DNA of 62,155 nucleotides, the filler included, from Pirum gemmata (Eukaryota), in NCBI GenBank assembly GCA_002812295.1. It is 12 parts of 12 records of this genome, joined end to end, with 100 filler letters (N's around TTAATTAATTAA, not from the genome) between each part and the next. Parts side by side here need not be neighbours in the genome. Positions count along the whole stretch, not along the records: positions 46,416 to 51,465 come from PDIN01000712.1; positions 51,566 to 56,633 come from PDIN01000713.1; positions 56,734 to 62,155 come from PDIN01000714.1; 9 more parts are not named here. One strand, written 5' to 3'. The notes below the pieces were generated by a model. It saw only the letters and a list, made by a program, of their open reading frames with translations. It was not told the origin of the DNA and did not search any database. Of the stretch, positions 48,735 to 61,774 are shown in pieces. The position numbers and the translations under genes are program-made. The stretch's first letter is position 1, and each line of letters opens with the position of its first letter.

Positions 48735-51200
48735 GGAAAATGAATTAAAAATGGTTTCAAAGTAAAAGTAATCCATTCAGATAAAGATACAGCTTGGTAT
48801 GGTCTATTTAATTAATCAAGTTTGCACTACAAATAAGATTAATATTAATAGAACGTATACTGCACCATCAACTTCAAATCAAAATAGTTTTATTGAATCA
48901 AGGAATAGAGTTATAGTGAATATGGTTAGAGCTATGCTAGAACATCCAAATGTGGATAAGAAGTTTTGGGGAGAGGCTCTCCATTACGCAATTATTATTA
49001 ATAATAATTCATTAATTAACAAAGAATACTAATAGTATAGCCCAAACAATATATAGCTAAGGATAATACAATTGCAACTGAAAAAGGAAAAATCTCTAAT
49101 AGAGGTTCTGAATATCTATTTTTAAGTCCATGTCAAGACACGGTAAGAGATTGTTTTAGACTAATGAATATTAAAACAAAAAGAATTTTAAAAAACAGAA
49201 GTATAACAGCTATTGAAGAGTTTAAACTACTAGATAACGATGACTATAATGATATGCCAGTTTTAGTGTTAGATTCAGATAGTCAATCTTCATCTGATGA
49301 TAAAGATGTTGATGAAGCTAGATAATGAAGATAATGATGATGATGATATATCAGAATCGGTATTAGAATCAGATAATGATAATGATGACGATGATAATGA
49401 TAATATCGGGTATCAACAACAACAACAACAACAACAGCAATATCAACAACAACAGCAACAAAGAGATAGGGTTAGCAGGTCTAATATAAACACCAAAATA
49501 CTAAAAGTATGAAAGTGAATGATGTTGAAGTTGGAGATAGAGTAAAGGCTAAATTTATTATAAATGGTTTACAGGTACCATTAAAAAGAAGGGAACGTTA
49601 CGGAATAGTTGCCATGTAAAATTAGATGACGAACAAAATCTTCCATATAATATGAGTAAGAATGTATTATGCAAATTTAATGAAAGGGCAAACCGTGCAA
49701 CTGTGATGGAAACTAATATAACCGACCCAACTTCAATAAAAGAAACAATTGTTGAATGTGAAGATAGAGAGGAATGGATAAAAAGTATTAAAAAGGAATA
49801 TTTTGATTTGGTTGAATATCAAACTTGGGAAGATATTGAAGAGGGTGAATCTACTAAAAAACCAATAGACATGAAATTTATTTTCAAAGTAAAAAGGGAC
49901 GCTGATAATAAATCTGTAAAAAGAAAATCAAGATTAGTGGCTAGAAGGTTTTGTCAAAAACACTGGGTTAAAATGTATGGCGAACTGAGGCACCAGTAAT
50001 TAGTCAGGCCGCAATTAGAGCAGTATTAGCTTTAGCTGTTTATTTAGGATATGATATTAAACAATATGATGTAGTACAGGCCTTTTTACTAGGGCACCAA
50101 TGAAGAATAGGGTGATTGTGCTATTACCGGAAGAAATTGATTTAATAGACCCTTCTCAAAAGGGATAATCTAAAAGAAAGGTTTTATTTTAAAAAGCCTT
50201 TAAGGGTTGCGAGATGCATATAGATATTGGTATGTTAAAACTGGAAAATTGTGGATGGAAAAGACCTTTAAGTGAGCCATGTATTTTTATTAATTAAATG
50301 GGTTAAAAATAAGCTTAATATTTTAACCTTGTAGGTTGATGATATTGTTTTCTTTATGCCCCCTGAGTTTGATCATGAAGACATTATTGCTGATTTACAA
50401 AAGGAAATAGAATTAAATTACTTAGGCGAAATTGAACACTATTTAGGTTGTAAAATTGAAAGGAAAGGAAATGATTTATTAGTCCATCAGAAGGCATATT
50501 AATACATTGAAAATATGATGAATAAGTTTGGGTTAGAAAATAGTAGACCAGTAAAAAATCCATTACCTACTATAATAGAAAACGTTGGTGATGAAATTGA
50601 TTGTGATACTCGATCATATAATGGTAGTTTGTTGTTTGCTAGTAATGGGGCTCATCCAAAGATTTCAACAGCTGTTAGTTATTTATGTGGCTTTACTAAT
50701 AATGCAAAATCGGGGGTCTTAATCAAAGTAAAAATGTTATACAAATTTAGCTGGTAACAAAGAGAAGGGGCTTTTGTTTGAAAAAAAGGATAGTTTTACT
50801 TTAGAAGTTTATTGTGATTCAGATTTTGCTACAGACAAGTTTTAACTAGAAAATCTAGAAGTGGGATGGTTATGATGGTCAATGTAACGCCAATAGTGTG
50901 GAAATCAAAGCTTCAGCCAACAACATCATCCATCATCATCAACATGTGAAAGTGAATAATATTATATGGCTTTACATCATGGAGCGAAAATGGTTAAATG
51001 GTTAATAAACTTTGTTAACTGAATTAAAGCTAATGCACTTGGTAAAATTTCTAATTACTTTGAAAAGTGATAATTTTGGTAGCAATCAGTTTAGGAAATG
51101 ATTTTGAAAGTTCAATGAAGACAAAACATAATATTATAATATAGTTGTTAAATATCATGTAGTAAGAGAAACGGTACATATCATTGATGGAATGTGGAAT
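48735..51200 (+). mobile_element. Degraded Ty1/copia LTR-retrotransposon pol (integrase-RT-RNase H), many stops and frameshifts
   Basis: INT: GFKVKVIHSD, TAPSTSNQNSFIESRNRVIVNMVRAML...FWGEALHYA. RT: KFIFKVKRDAD...KSRLVAR.FCQK, QYDVVQAF, VDDI. RNase H: YCDSDFATD, RKSRSG, SSTCESEY, KYHVVRE. The order INT-RT-RH is copia-type. No LTRs identified. Confidence 0.92.
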
Positions 51201-52718
51201 GTGAAGAATGCAGGGCAGTTACCAAATATACAATTAGTATGAAAGCGAAAGAGTGTAAAGTATGGATGCAAAAGAATAAAAGAATGAAAATAATGTACAA
51301 GAGTTTTGATTTTACATTTTTGTGTTCAACTAAAAACATATGTAATAAGAGATTACTTTTGTTATATTTGGAGAATTCACACATCACAATAATAAATTAT
51401 ACAATTATATATACAAATATTATTCTAACCCTAAATAATAATAATATTATTAATAATATTAATAANNNNNNNNNNNNNNNNNNNNNNNNNNNNNNNNNNN
51501 NNNNNNNNNTTAATTAATTAANNNNNNNNNNNNNNNNNNNNNNNNNNNNNNNNNNNNNNNNNNNNATATATATATAAGTACATAAGGACATAAATGACAT
51601 AATTGATAAAAATAATACATATATTATATATCCCTCCTACCCTTTTAAACAACAGACTACTCCCTAACTGTAACCCTAACTCTCACTAACACCTAGCTAG
51701 TAGCTACCTAGTAGCAGATCCTAACCATAGACTCACTAACAACATTATTTAACCTTAGTAACCTATCCTAGTAACCCTAGACTCACTAACAACGTTATTT
51801 AACCTTAGTAGCCAAGTTCAATTATGTAACCAAGTCCAATTGTGTAACCAAGTCCAATTATGTAACCCTTCTATCTGAACATAAATTCAAGTCGTTACCT
51901 TTCAGAAAGAGTAAGCAGACTCGATCAATAAAGTTGATTTTGTTTATATAAACATGTTTTTCCCTTTTTTAATTAACAAATAATATTATAATTTTTTTTT
52001 TCAAAAAAAATATTTTGATTCTTTCCCTGTCAACGCATGTAAAAGTCATAAACTAATTAAACTTCAAAAGTAAAAGTCAAGAATTGATGTTACTTTTAAG
52101 CTTAAGCGCTCTTCAAATAATCGCTGATAACACTAATTAACAATGTACCTCTTTTCCGTCTAATTGTATGATAATGTTGAAGGAAAAACAAAAAATGAAG
52201 CTCTATCATTGGCCTAAAACCTACCATTACTGTTACATACATAGTGGGTGTTCGTCTGAAAAAAAAATCGAGCTACGTTTTTAAAAAATATAATATAAAA
52301 ATTTTGTTCAATAATATGATAGTGTAATGATATAAACTCACACACACACACATAGAGAGAGAGAAATATTTGTTCAACAAAATGATAGTATTGATATAAA
52401 ATATTACACACGCACACACATATTGTCGAATATAACCGGATTTTTGCTATATATATAGAGAGATATGTATTATACTGATAAAAAAAATTGTAAAAATAAA
52501 ACAAAAAACAACAAACAAAACAAAACAAAAAAAACGATAAAAGTAATAATTACCATATTCCCAAACGCTAACAGTCACTAACCCTAAAAAATTAAAAATC
52601 GATAGAAGTAATTATAATTTATAACAGACATTTTTACATTAATTTAAGTAAAATATTCGAATAGGAACAATTCAATATTGCTTGTGAAAATTTTGTTAAT
52701 TAATATCTAAATTATAAA

Positions 52719-53183
52719 ATGATGTCCAAAGTAAATACTCTTGGATACAAACTAGTATACATATTCTTCATATTGGTAGCGTTGCTAACAATATTAATAC
52801 TACCTGCTAATGCAAATTTCGAAAAAAACTTATTAATAGAAACCAGTAATACCCCTCAAATAACATTAAAACAAAATAATGATGATGGGTGGGGTGAAAA
52901 TGAATGGGAAGTGGCCGGGAATGAAGCAAATTTTTTTGTACGCCGAAACGCGATTTTACCTTTTCGAATACATCCTGATGCTGGTACAGACAGTATATAC
53001 ATTAACCAGAATGGAGTTGGTATAGGTACTAGACTTCCTTTTAATGATGAAAAATTAACAGTACAAGGTGATATCTGCATAAGATCCGAATCAAATACTA
53101 AACTTTGTGTTCAAGAAATGCAGGCCATGATTTTGAAAATGACGGAAAGAATCAATTTATTAGAGAAACAGCTTCAGAGATAA
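52719..53183 (+). CDS. Small secreted protein resembling a bacterial tail-fibre-type beta module with a C-terminal coiled coil (154 aa, intronless)
   Basis: Hydrophobic signal ending PANA; TPQITLKQ...WEVAGNEANFFVRR..LPFRIHPDA.TDSIYINQNGVGIGT..P...LTVQGD; heptad tail VQEMQAMILKMTERINLLEKQL. Confidence 0.75.
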   Translation: MMSKVNTLGYKLVYIFFILVALLTILILPANANFEKNLLIETSNTPQITLKQNNDDGWGENEWEVAGNEANFFVRRNAILPFRIHPDAGTDSIYINQNGVGIGTRLPFNDEKLTVQGDICIRSESNTKLCVQEMQAMILKMTERINLLEKQLQR

Positions 53184-53790
53184 TATTATAATGAATCCTA
53201 ACCCGAACAGTAACGCCAACCCTAAAAAGTTTTCTTAATGTCATTGGACAAGCTATTGGACTAGTAATCACTTTAATTTAATTAATATTATTTAATAGTA
53301 GTATAAATAATATTATGCAAATAATATTTTGAAAACTAAATTTAAATATTGTGTTTGTTAAGTCTTGGTTAAGGCTGTTAAGGTTAATTGATAAAGGGGT
53401 GAAAGGCAAGGTTCAGGGTTAGGGTTGTATATACTCCATATTAAAAATCGTTTTATCTGCTTTGACAAAGGATCCTAATTAATTTTATAGAAACTTTATG
53501 CGACAAAAACGTAAAATTGTTCGAATACTAATACTTTTGTATTATATGATATGAAATAATTACTTTTTTGTTGATTTCAATTAATTATCAATTTTTATAA
53601 ATTATATGATATGAAATAATTACTTTTTTGTTGATTTCAATTAATGATCAATTTTTATAAATTTTAACAGAAGTAGAAATAAAAAAAAAATGCTGTTTTT
53701 TATATTTATTATATTTTGCTGTTTTTTATATTTATTATATTGATGGTTATATTTATTATATTGATAGTAAACCTAACTCCATACACACTT

Positions 53791-55542
53791 TTAAGCTGTC
53801 GGAAAATAGTATACTGTTTCTGCTAATTTAGAATCAGCAGAAAAGCAATTATTCCAACCATCACCTAAATCATATTTCGTTTTCATAGCATATTTGCTAA
53901 TATAATCACTGTCACATATCGATGTTTCACTACCACTATACTCTGCATTAAAAATCGCTTTATCTGCTTTTACAAAAGGTTCTAACTTTTCACATTCTGT
54001 ATAATATATACATTCTTCATTAATAGCAAAATCATAATAATCAACCAAGTCATTGACTAAATCTAAAGTGTTTTTCAGCCCAATTGACATAGACATATTG
54101 TGAGATAATTCACTTTGCCATTTATTGTATGCTAATTGGTATGGTTTCAGCTCATCTTCAGTATACCCACTTACACATTTATTCTGGTAACAATCGACAT
54201 TGTCAGCTTCAATTGCGTCACAACCCTTTGCTTTGGCCATTTCCCATCTTTTTGTCATGAGTGGTATAATGTCATCTAGTTTGGTTATATCAATCCAAGT
54301 TTCACCTTCCCATCCATCCACCGATTTAGCTTCAATAGCTTCCCAAGCGTCAGGATTAGCTTTTACATCCGACCTCCAGTCTTCTACTGTTCCTGCTGAT
54401 ATATAGCAAACCACAATATGATTGTTAGCTTTTAATTTGGCAATGGTTTCGTTTGTTGTGTCAAACATATCAACATCTATCATTTTCATGCCCGAAGTAC
54501 TATCGTCCGAAGCATCGTCGCCCCAAGCATTGTTCGTCCATGTCATATTTATCTCAAACTTGACTACCGATATCTCATTGGTATTGCTAGCGATAGTAGT
54601 AGCGGTGGCCGTTGCAGTTGTACTTAAGTTTGCTGTAGTAGTAGTTATAGGTGTACCTTTTGTTGCCATACTAACAGTTGAAGTATCAGTTGTAGTAGTT
54701 GTTGTAGTAGTACCAATAGTTTTTGCTGCAGTATTAGTAGAAGTAGTAGTAGCAACGGTAGTAGTACCAATAGTTGCTGTCGTTGTTGTTGGAGTTATCA
54801 TAGAGATGGTACCGGTACTAGTGCTAGTAACAGTTGCTGTTGATGAATCTAGTACCGTAAGAGTTTCTATAGCGTATAATGTACTTGTTTCTGTTTCTAC
54901 CGTTGTACTAGTACTAGTTTCTATAGCGTATGATGTACTTGTTTCTGTTTCTACCACTGTACTAGTACTAGTTGTTGTAGCAGTCTCTAGTGTTTTAATA
55001 TCATATAACACTGATGTAATATATAATGTAGCTGTGGTGGTTAACGTCATGGTCTCAGTGCACGGGGTGCTACTAATAGTAGACGTAGTAGTAGTAGAGG
55101 TAGTAGTAGTAGAGGTATCAGTAGTATAGGTAGCAGAAGCAGTCGTAGCAGCGGTAGCGGTACTAGCTGTTACAGTATAGTTGGTGGTACTAGTGCTCAT
55201 GCTAGTATAAGTAGCATTAGTTGTTGTATGGGAAGGCGTGGTAATAGTTGTGCTACTTGTGGTTGATGTACTAATTGTTGAGTTTGAAAAACATTGGCAC
55301 CAATAACCCTCCAAGGAATTGCCATTTTCATAGTAACAGATGTTATATTCGTATGATGATGTGTTATCTTCTCTTAGGCATGTTTCAATACACCACGTAT
55401 CAGTGGCTTCGGTCCCATTGGTGTTTGCTAAAGCAGTACATGTACTATACGTGATAATTGCTTCTCCTTTTATTATTTTGGAATGGTAAAAAAACATGTA
55501 TATTATTAAAGATATTACACATGAATTATTTTTGGAGAGCAT
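53791..55542 (-). CDS. Secreted GH114 endo-alpha-1,4-polygalactosaminidase-like protein: signal peptide, small Cys module, long Thr/Ser linker, catalytic domain (583 aa)
   Basis: DVDMFD...IAKLKANNHIVVCYISAGTVEDWRSD...GWEGETWIDI...MAKAKGCDAIEADNVDCY...IGLKNTLD...YDFAINEEC....EC..L.PFVKADKAIFNAEY follow the GH114 pattern, with the catalytic Asp (DNVD) and Glu (NEEC) positions present. Confidence 0.9.
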   Translation of the reverse strand: MLSKNNSCVISLIIYMFFYHSKIIKGEAIITYSTCTALANTNGTEATDTWCIETCLREDNTSSYEYNICYYENGNSLEGYWCQCFSNSTISTSTTSSTTITTPSHTTTNATYTSMSTSTTNYTVTASTATAATTASATYTTDTSTTTTSTTTTSTISSTPCTETMTLTTTATLYITSVLYDIKTLETATTTSTSTVVETETSTSYAIETSTSTTVETETSTLYAIETLTVLDSSTATVTSTSTGTISMITPTTTTATIGTTTVATTTSTNTAAKTIGTTTTTTTTDTSTVSMATKGTPITTTTANLSTTATATATTIASNTNEISVVKFEINMTWTNNAWGDDASDDSTSGMKMIDVDMFDTTNETIAKLKANNHIVVCYISAGTVEDWRSDVKANPDAWEAIEAKSVDGWEGETWIDITKLDDIIPLMTKRWEMAKAKGCDAIEADNVDCYQNKCVSGYTEDELKPYQLAYNKWQSELSHNMSMSIGLKNTLDLVNDLVDYYDFAINEECIYYTECEKLEPFVKADKAIFNAEYSGSETSICDSDYISKYAMKTKYDLGDGWNNCFSADSKLAETVYYFPTA

Positions 55543-56394
55543 CCCTAGTAATATTATATATATAATTATATTGACTTTTTTATTAATAATAATATTTAAA
55601 ACCCGTATTTTGATGTAGCAATTTATTTATGAAACAATATTCAATACTCAATGTCGATCGGTTATTGATTTCTATTTTGCCTTGTCTATTACTTTTTAGG
55701 TTTTTTTGTTTTTTTGTTTTTTTTTTTTGTTTTTTTTTTTTTTTTTTTTTTTTTTTTCTAACTACTTATATATATTATTATACATGATAGCGGTAACGTT
55801 TCCAGGAAAGAAAAATTTAAAGGTTAGCTATAGGGGTTAGATAGAGTTAGGCCATGTATAATCAAAATAATAGTTAATGATAAACTAAATTTTGTTCTTT
55901 TATTCTTACCAGTGAGTACTTTATAAATAATTTTGTTTACTGATCTTTATTAAATCAGCTAATACATTTATTATACGTATATATATTTAATTAAAGTTTT
56001 TATGTTTTTTAAATAATATAAACATATGCACATATAGAACCAAACCCATAATTATAACCATAATGTATTATTACATAATTATAACTATATAATTTCAACC
56101 ATTTACATAACCATAACCATATAACCATGACTATGCAAACATAATTACAACCATGGTATTCGATTTTTATTTTTCGAGTTATAATTAAAAACATAAATTC
56201 GAAAGAAAAAAATGCTTTTCGATTTTAAGAAAGCATGGCATTTGGTATTCGATTTTTATTTTTCGAGTTATAATTAAAAACATAATATATATATAACTAC
56301 AACCTTATAACCATAATATCCATAATCAAAACAATAACAAGTACCATAACCACTGATTAATCCTATTTATTATCCGTAACCTTAGTCATTATTA

Positions 56395-56610
56395 CCTAAC
56401 CCTAACCCTAACCTTTACCCTAACCCCTAACCATAACCCTGACCCTGACCCAATAACAAGTACCATAACCAGTGATTAATCCTATTTATTTTCCGTAACC
56501 TTAGTCATTATTACCTACCCTAACCCTAACCCTAACCCTAACCCTAACCCTTACCCCTAACTATAACGCTGACCCTAACCCTAACCCTAACCCTAACCCT
56601 AACCCTAACC
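56395..56610 (-). repeat. (CCCTAA)n telomere-type tract interleaved with a ~120-bp tandem duplication (56333-56452 / 56452-56570)
   Basis: aataacaagtaccataacca.tgattaatcctatttatt.tccgtaaccttagtcattattaccta occurs twice, each followed by CCCTAA units. Confidence 0.8.
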
Positions 56611-56733
56611 CGATAGTACCACGACAGAGCAGANNNNNNNNNNNNNNNNNNNNNNNNNNNNNNNNNNNNNNNNNNNNTTAATTAATTAANNNNNNNNNNN
56701 NNNNNNNNNNNNNNNNNNNNNNNNNNNNNNNNN

Positions 56734-57377
56734 TACTATTACTATTACTATTACTATTACTATTACTATTACTATTATTATTACTATTACTGATACTATT
56801 GCTGTCATTGTTACTATTACCATTACCACTAATAGTACTAGTATTATCACTATCATTATTATTATCATTTGCATCACTGTCATTAACATGGTTTTCTGAC
56901 CTCCCGGTGCTACTTCCACTTCCACTGGAGTCGAATTCATTCTCTTGTTCTTTATTAAATACTCTAAGGGATTCGATGACAGATGGTACTGAATCTAACC
57001 CTATTTCGCTTTCCCTTTGAGAATGTTCTATTGTTAACTTGGAATTTATAGATGGGCAAGTGTTATTTTTATCATTATCATTGTCATTATTATTATTGTT
57101 ATCCCCTTTGTTATTGCTAGTATTGTTATCATTGTTGCTGCCGTCATCATATAAATCTTCGTTCCAATCATCAAGTAAACAAGCAACATCACTAAAGACT
57201 TCTAAGTCAGCAGTACTCGTTTGGTGTGATAAATCAGTAGAATTATTGTCTGTTGTTTCGGCCGAGGAAGGCAGCCTAGATGCCGACGCAGACAGCTTCA
57301 CTGCTGCCATAATAGTCGGCATTGTCTAAAAGCTTAAAACTACGCCTAAACTAAAAACTATTAATATGAAACGGTTG

Positions 57378-57427
<50 letters not shown>

Positions 57428-58911
57428 ATTATTTTTTGATCAATGTTAATTGTAATTATCATTATTTTTTTAATAGTAATATGGTGATTAATTATTGTTG
57501 TTGATTATTGTTAATTATTAATTATCAAATACTCTGAATTACTATTATCAATTATTATCATTTAGTAATTATTGTTTTTTTAGTATTATTATCATTAATT
57601 ATTAATTCTAAATTATTATTATTATTATTATTTAATTTTTTTCTTAAACGATGTTAATTATAAATTTATCACCAATTGCCTAATAGTAATATGATCATTA
57701 ATTGTTAATTATCAAAATACTCTTAATTACTATTATCAATTATTATCATTTAGAAATTATTGTTTTTTAGTATTATTATCATTAATTATTAATTCTAAAT
57801 TATTATTATTATTAGTATTGTTTTATTATTTTTTAAACAATGCTAATTATAAGTTTATCACTAATTGCCTAATAGTAATATGATCATTTATTTTTAATTA
57901 TCAAAATACTCTTAATTACTATTATCAATTATTATCATTTATTAATTATTGTTTTCTAGTATTATTATCATTATTTATTAATTATAAATAATTATTATTG
58001 TTGTTGTTGTTTGATTATTTTCTAAACAATGTTAATTATTAATTTATCGCCAATGGCCTAATAGTAATATGATCATTTATTGTTAATTATCAAATACTCT
58101 TTAATTACTATTATCAATTATTTCATTTAGTAATTATTGAATTTTTAGTATTATTATTAATTATTAATTCTAAATTATTATTATTATTATTATTTAATTG
58201 TTTTTTAAACAATGCTAATTATAAGTTTATCACTAATTGCCTAATAGTAATATAGTCATTAATTGTTAATTATCAAAATACTCTTAATTACTATTATCAA
58301 TTATTATCATTTAGTAATTATTGTTTTTTTAGTATTATTATCCTTAATTATTAATTCTAAATTATTATTTTTTAAACAATGTTGATTATAGGTTTATCAC
58401 TAATTGCCTAATAACAATATGATCATTAATTGTTAATTATCAAATACTCTTAATCACTATTATCAATTATTATCATTTAGTAATTTAAACAATTTTAATT
58501 ATAAGTTTATCTCTATTTGTAATATGATCATTAATTGTTAATTATCAAATACTCTTAATTAGTATTATCAATTATTATCATTCAGTAATTATTGTTTTTT
58601 TTGGTTTTATTATCATTAATTATTAATTCTAAATTATTATTATTATTATTATTATTTAACTATTTTCTAAATTGTTAATCATCCAGTAAGTGTCATTAAT
58701 TTAGTATTATTATCATTATTATTGTGATTATCCAATAGTAATATGATGATTAATTATTGTTGTTGATTATTGTTAAATATTAATTATTTTTTTTATCACA
58801 TAATTGTTTCCATAAGAGGTTAACCCTAACTTAAACTTTATATGTATCTACATAAGTTCAAAGTTCGTATAGTACTATTACCATTATCCTTTTTATCATT
58901 TTTATTATTAC

Positions 58912-58962
<51 letters not shown>

Positions 58963-61774
58963 ATTGCCCTTTCACCTATATATTTCACTAAAACATTATC
59001 AATTAACATTCTCAGTTCGGTTTTCGAACAAGTCAACAGGAGGTGGTGGCAAAAAATCAAAATTCAATTCTTCCGCAGTCACTTCGGTAACATTCGTCAC
59101 TTCAACTTTGGACTTTTCACTAATGTGCTCGGACGAATGCTGGACATTAACATTGGCTTTGCTAGACACAATGGTTGGTTCAGTTGATGCTCTAAAAGGT
59201 TTTGCCCTTTTACTTAAATCAGGATCCAGAGTTTGAGAGAACAATGAACTACTCACACTATTAATCTCGCTACCGTCGTGATTGTCGTTTTCATTCTTCA
59301 TATGCATAGTTTTGGCACTGGCACTAGATGAACCCCTCTTAGGAGGACGGGGCGGCACGATCGTTGAACTATCAAAAGACGAAGATAACGCAAACGCAGA
59401 TAAGGAGCTTCTATTAGACATACTCCCCATGGCCGAAATTTTTGGTGGTAGTTTAGGTGGCTTATCAACCTCTTGTGTTGCTGTCGTGGTAAGAGTTTTA
59501 TCGCGTCGTGGTCGTTGCGGTGGGCTATTAAAAACAGATTCTTGGTTATTTCCATAGTTATCCGCCGGATTATAATTTGGAATTATAACACTTTTACATT
59601 TCGTGCTTGATGATCTAGGAGGACGAGGGGGTGGTGAAGAAGGGTTTGCGGGTTCACTGATGTAAGTTCCTAAAGGGAGTGGGGTAGAGTTTCTATTATC
59701 TGCATTTCGCATTATTGTGTTTTCTCGTGGTTGAATGGGTTGGCTGCTCAATGTATTTTCCGCCCGCTCTTCATGACAAATATTGGTATAATTCAATTCA
59801 GTATCTGAATTTTCATCATCAGAAATACTGTCGTTTGGATGTTTCTTTGTACTAAACATTAATACACTACTATAAATATCTTCAGCTTCATTGCTTGTAT
59901 CAACTTGGCCGTTGTAACTGACACTATCCTCTGCGTCCTTCATAACCACAGTTGCAGTATAAGGTATCGAAAAGTTGGAATCAACATCATCTTCTTCAGA
60001 TGAATTTCCACCGTCACTGTAAACCTCGTCATCTTTAAGGGCTTTTCCAATATGCTCAGGAGAATTAACTTCAAACCATAACTGTACAAAATCATTGTTC
60101 TCACTTTCTTTTCCATCTTTCCCACTTTCACTATTTGTTTGTGATCTACTAGAAGAATGCTGAGGATCATCATTATCATCAACACTAGGACGTAAAGTTT
60201 TCCTCTTATTAAACTGAAATATTTTTTTACCAGCAGAAGAATGCTTTTTGGATAACGACGCAGAATTGTTTGAAGACGATGGCAAAATTTCGGGTCTGTC
60301 CGATATAATCTTCACCGTGGGTGGAGTACTTTGAAAGGACGGTTCCGGTTCCTCAACTAAACTACCAAACTGAACATCATCACCCTCATTGCTGTCAATG
60401 CTTTTACTGTCCTCTTTTTCTTTTTTTCCGCCACCACCTGGAAGTAAATCGGTTAATCTTCTAGTACGAAGTGAATTAAATGCTTCTCTCTTTTCCTTCC
60501 TTCTACCCCGACTTGGTGATATTGGGGGACTAAGAATTAATGAAGAATCTGCATGGCCTGTTGAACTTCTACTAATTCGTTTTCCGGCCTTTTTTATCGG
60601 ATTGAGTTTTTTGAAAGACCCACCGGAAGTTTCTTCTGCTATTGTCTCATCTTCATTAGCACTACTACTACTGGAAGCCAAAGAGTTAAAAACAATATCA
60701 TCGTTACTGTTACTGTATATAATCATGTTAGTGTTCGAAAAATCAGAATCTTCATCATGACTACCATCATCTTGGCTACTATTATGATTTCCTTCTAAAC
60801 CAGAAGAAACATCATCTTCACTATCTAAACAAGATATACTATGTCGGGTTGGATTGATAAAGCAATCGAGAAGTTTATTCATATCTTCCTCAGACATACT
60901 CTCACTAGTTGGGTCTAGTTGTGCTATGGGGGTTACTGATATTGTTTTTCTCTTTTTTGAAGAACTCTTACTAGCTTTAGGTAATTTTGAATCTCTTCCT
61001 ATTGAACTAGTTTTCTTAATGTCCTTTTTCGAAGTTTCCCTAAGCAACTTTATACCATTGATATTAAACGATGATTGTTTTTTTAAGGATGTAGTAAAAT
61101 CAACACTGGGGCTGCGGGAGTGGGGTCTTCCAGCTTTTGTTTTCATGCCACTATTTTCTGATTTCACGTTCCTTCTATTAGAATTCATTGTAGTTTTTGC
61201 TTGTGTAGGGGGGCGATAGGCAAAGCCTTTGGCACTATCGAAGAAGCTAGCATCTATACCGTTAACACTAACACTCCCAACACCCATTGATTGAACAGAT
61301 GTAGCACTATTTTCTTTTTTAATGCCATCCATAGAATGCGCAGAGGTCGTTGATGATAAAGGTGGACTTTGAGTAACCTGTAACGGACTTCTTACGTTCG
61401 GTTCACTACTAAGACAACCACTGCTTCTACGATATACCGCTGTTTTATTACTAGAAATAAAATGACCATCGTTGTTATTGTTGTTGCTTTCGTTTTCGTT
61501 GTCATTTTCGTTGTCATTTTCGTTGTAGATGCTGTTATTGTCATTCACAGCATCATTACTATTACTATTACTATTACTATTACTATTACTATTACTATTA
61601 CTATTACTATTGCTATTACTATTCCTATTCCTATTGCTATTGCTATTACTATTACTATTATTATTATTATTACTGTTACTGTTACTATTACTATTACTAT
61701 TACTATTACTATTACTATTACTATTACTATTACTATTAGCATTAGTATTAGTATTAGTATTAGTATTAGTATTA
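56734..61774 (-). CDS. Large intrinsically disordered Ser/Asp/Asn-rich protein with multiple proline-rich SH3-ligand-like motifs; partial, at least two exons
   Basis: 849-aa open frame 61548-58999 (it starts at a GTG and stays open upstream through NS repeats) with PPPRPPR, PPQRPRR, PPKLPPK, VPPRPPKR, LPPPP. A likely phase-0 intron 59007-57326 (GTTAAT...TTTTAG) joins it to the ORF at 57325-56734. No folded domain recognised. Confidence 0.7.
57440..58780. repeat. AT-rich minisatellite, ~185-190-bp unit, ~6-7 copies, inside the predicted intron
   Basis: The marker caa(a)atactct recurs near 57527, 57713, 57903, 58091, 58273, 58441 and 58547, with ttgcctaatagtaatatgatcatt in most units. Confidence 0.88.

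Noticed and set aside
54200..55129. Plus-strand ORFs opposite GH114 (likewise those opposite the astacin, SMT, transporter and 59-61 kb genes)
   Set aside because: Antisense shadows of real genes with biased codon composition.
44397..55542. A gene cluster of SMT, deacetylase fragment, copia, tail-fibre-like gene and GH114
   Set aside because: The span crosses two artificial linkers (46316, 51466); only genes within one scaffold are truly linked.
57440..58780. CRISPR-like array
   Set aside because: Whole ~188-bp units repeat without unique spacers; eukaryotic context and no cas genes. It is a minisatellite.
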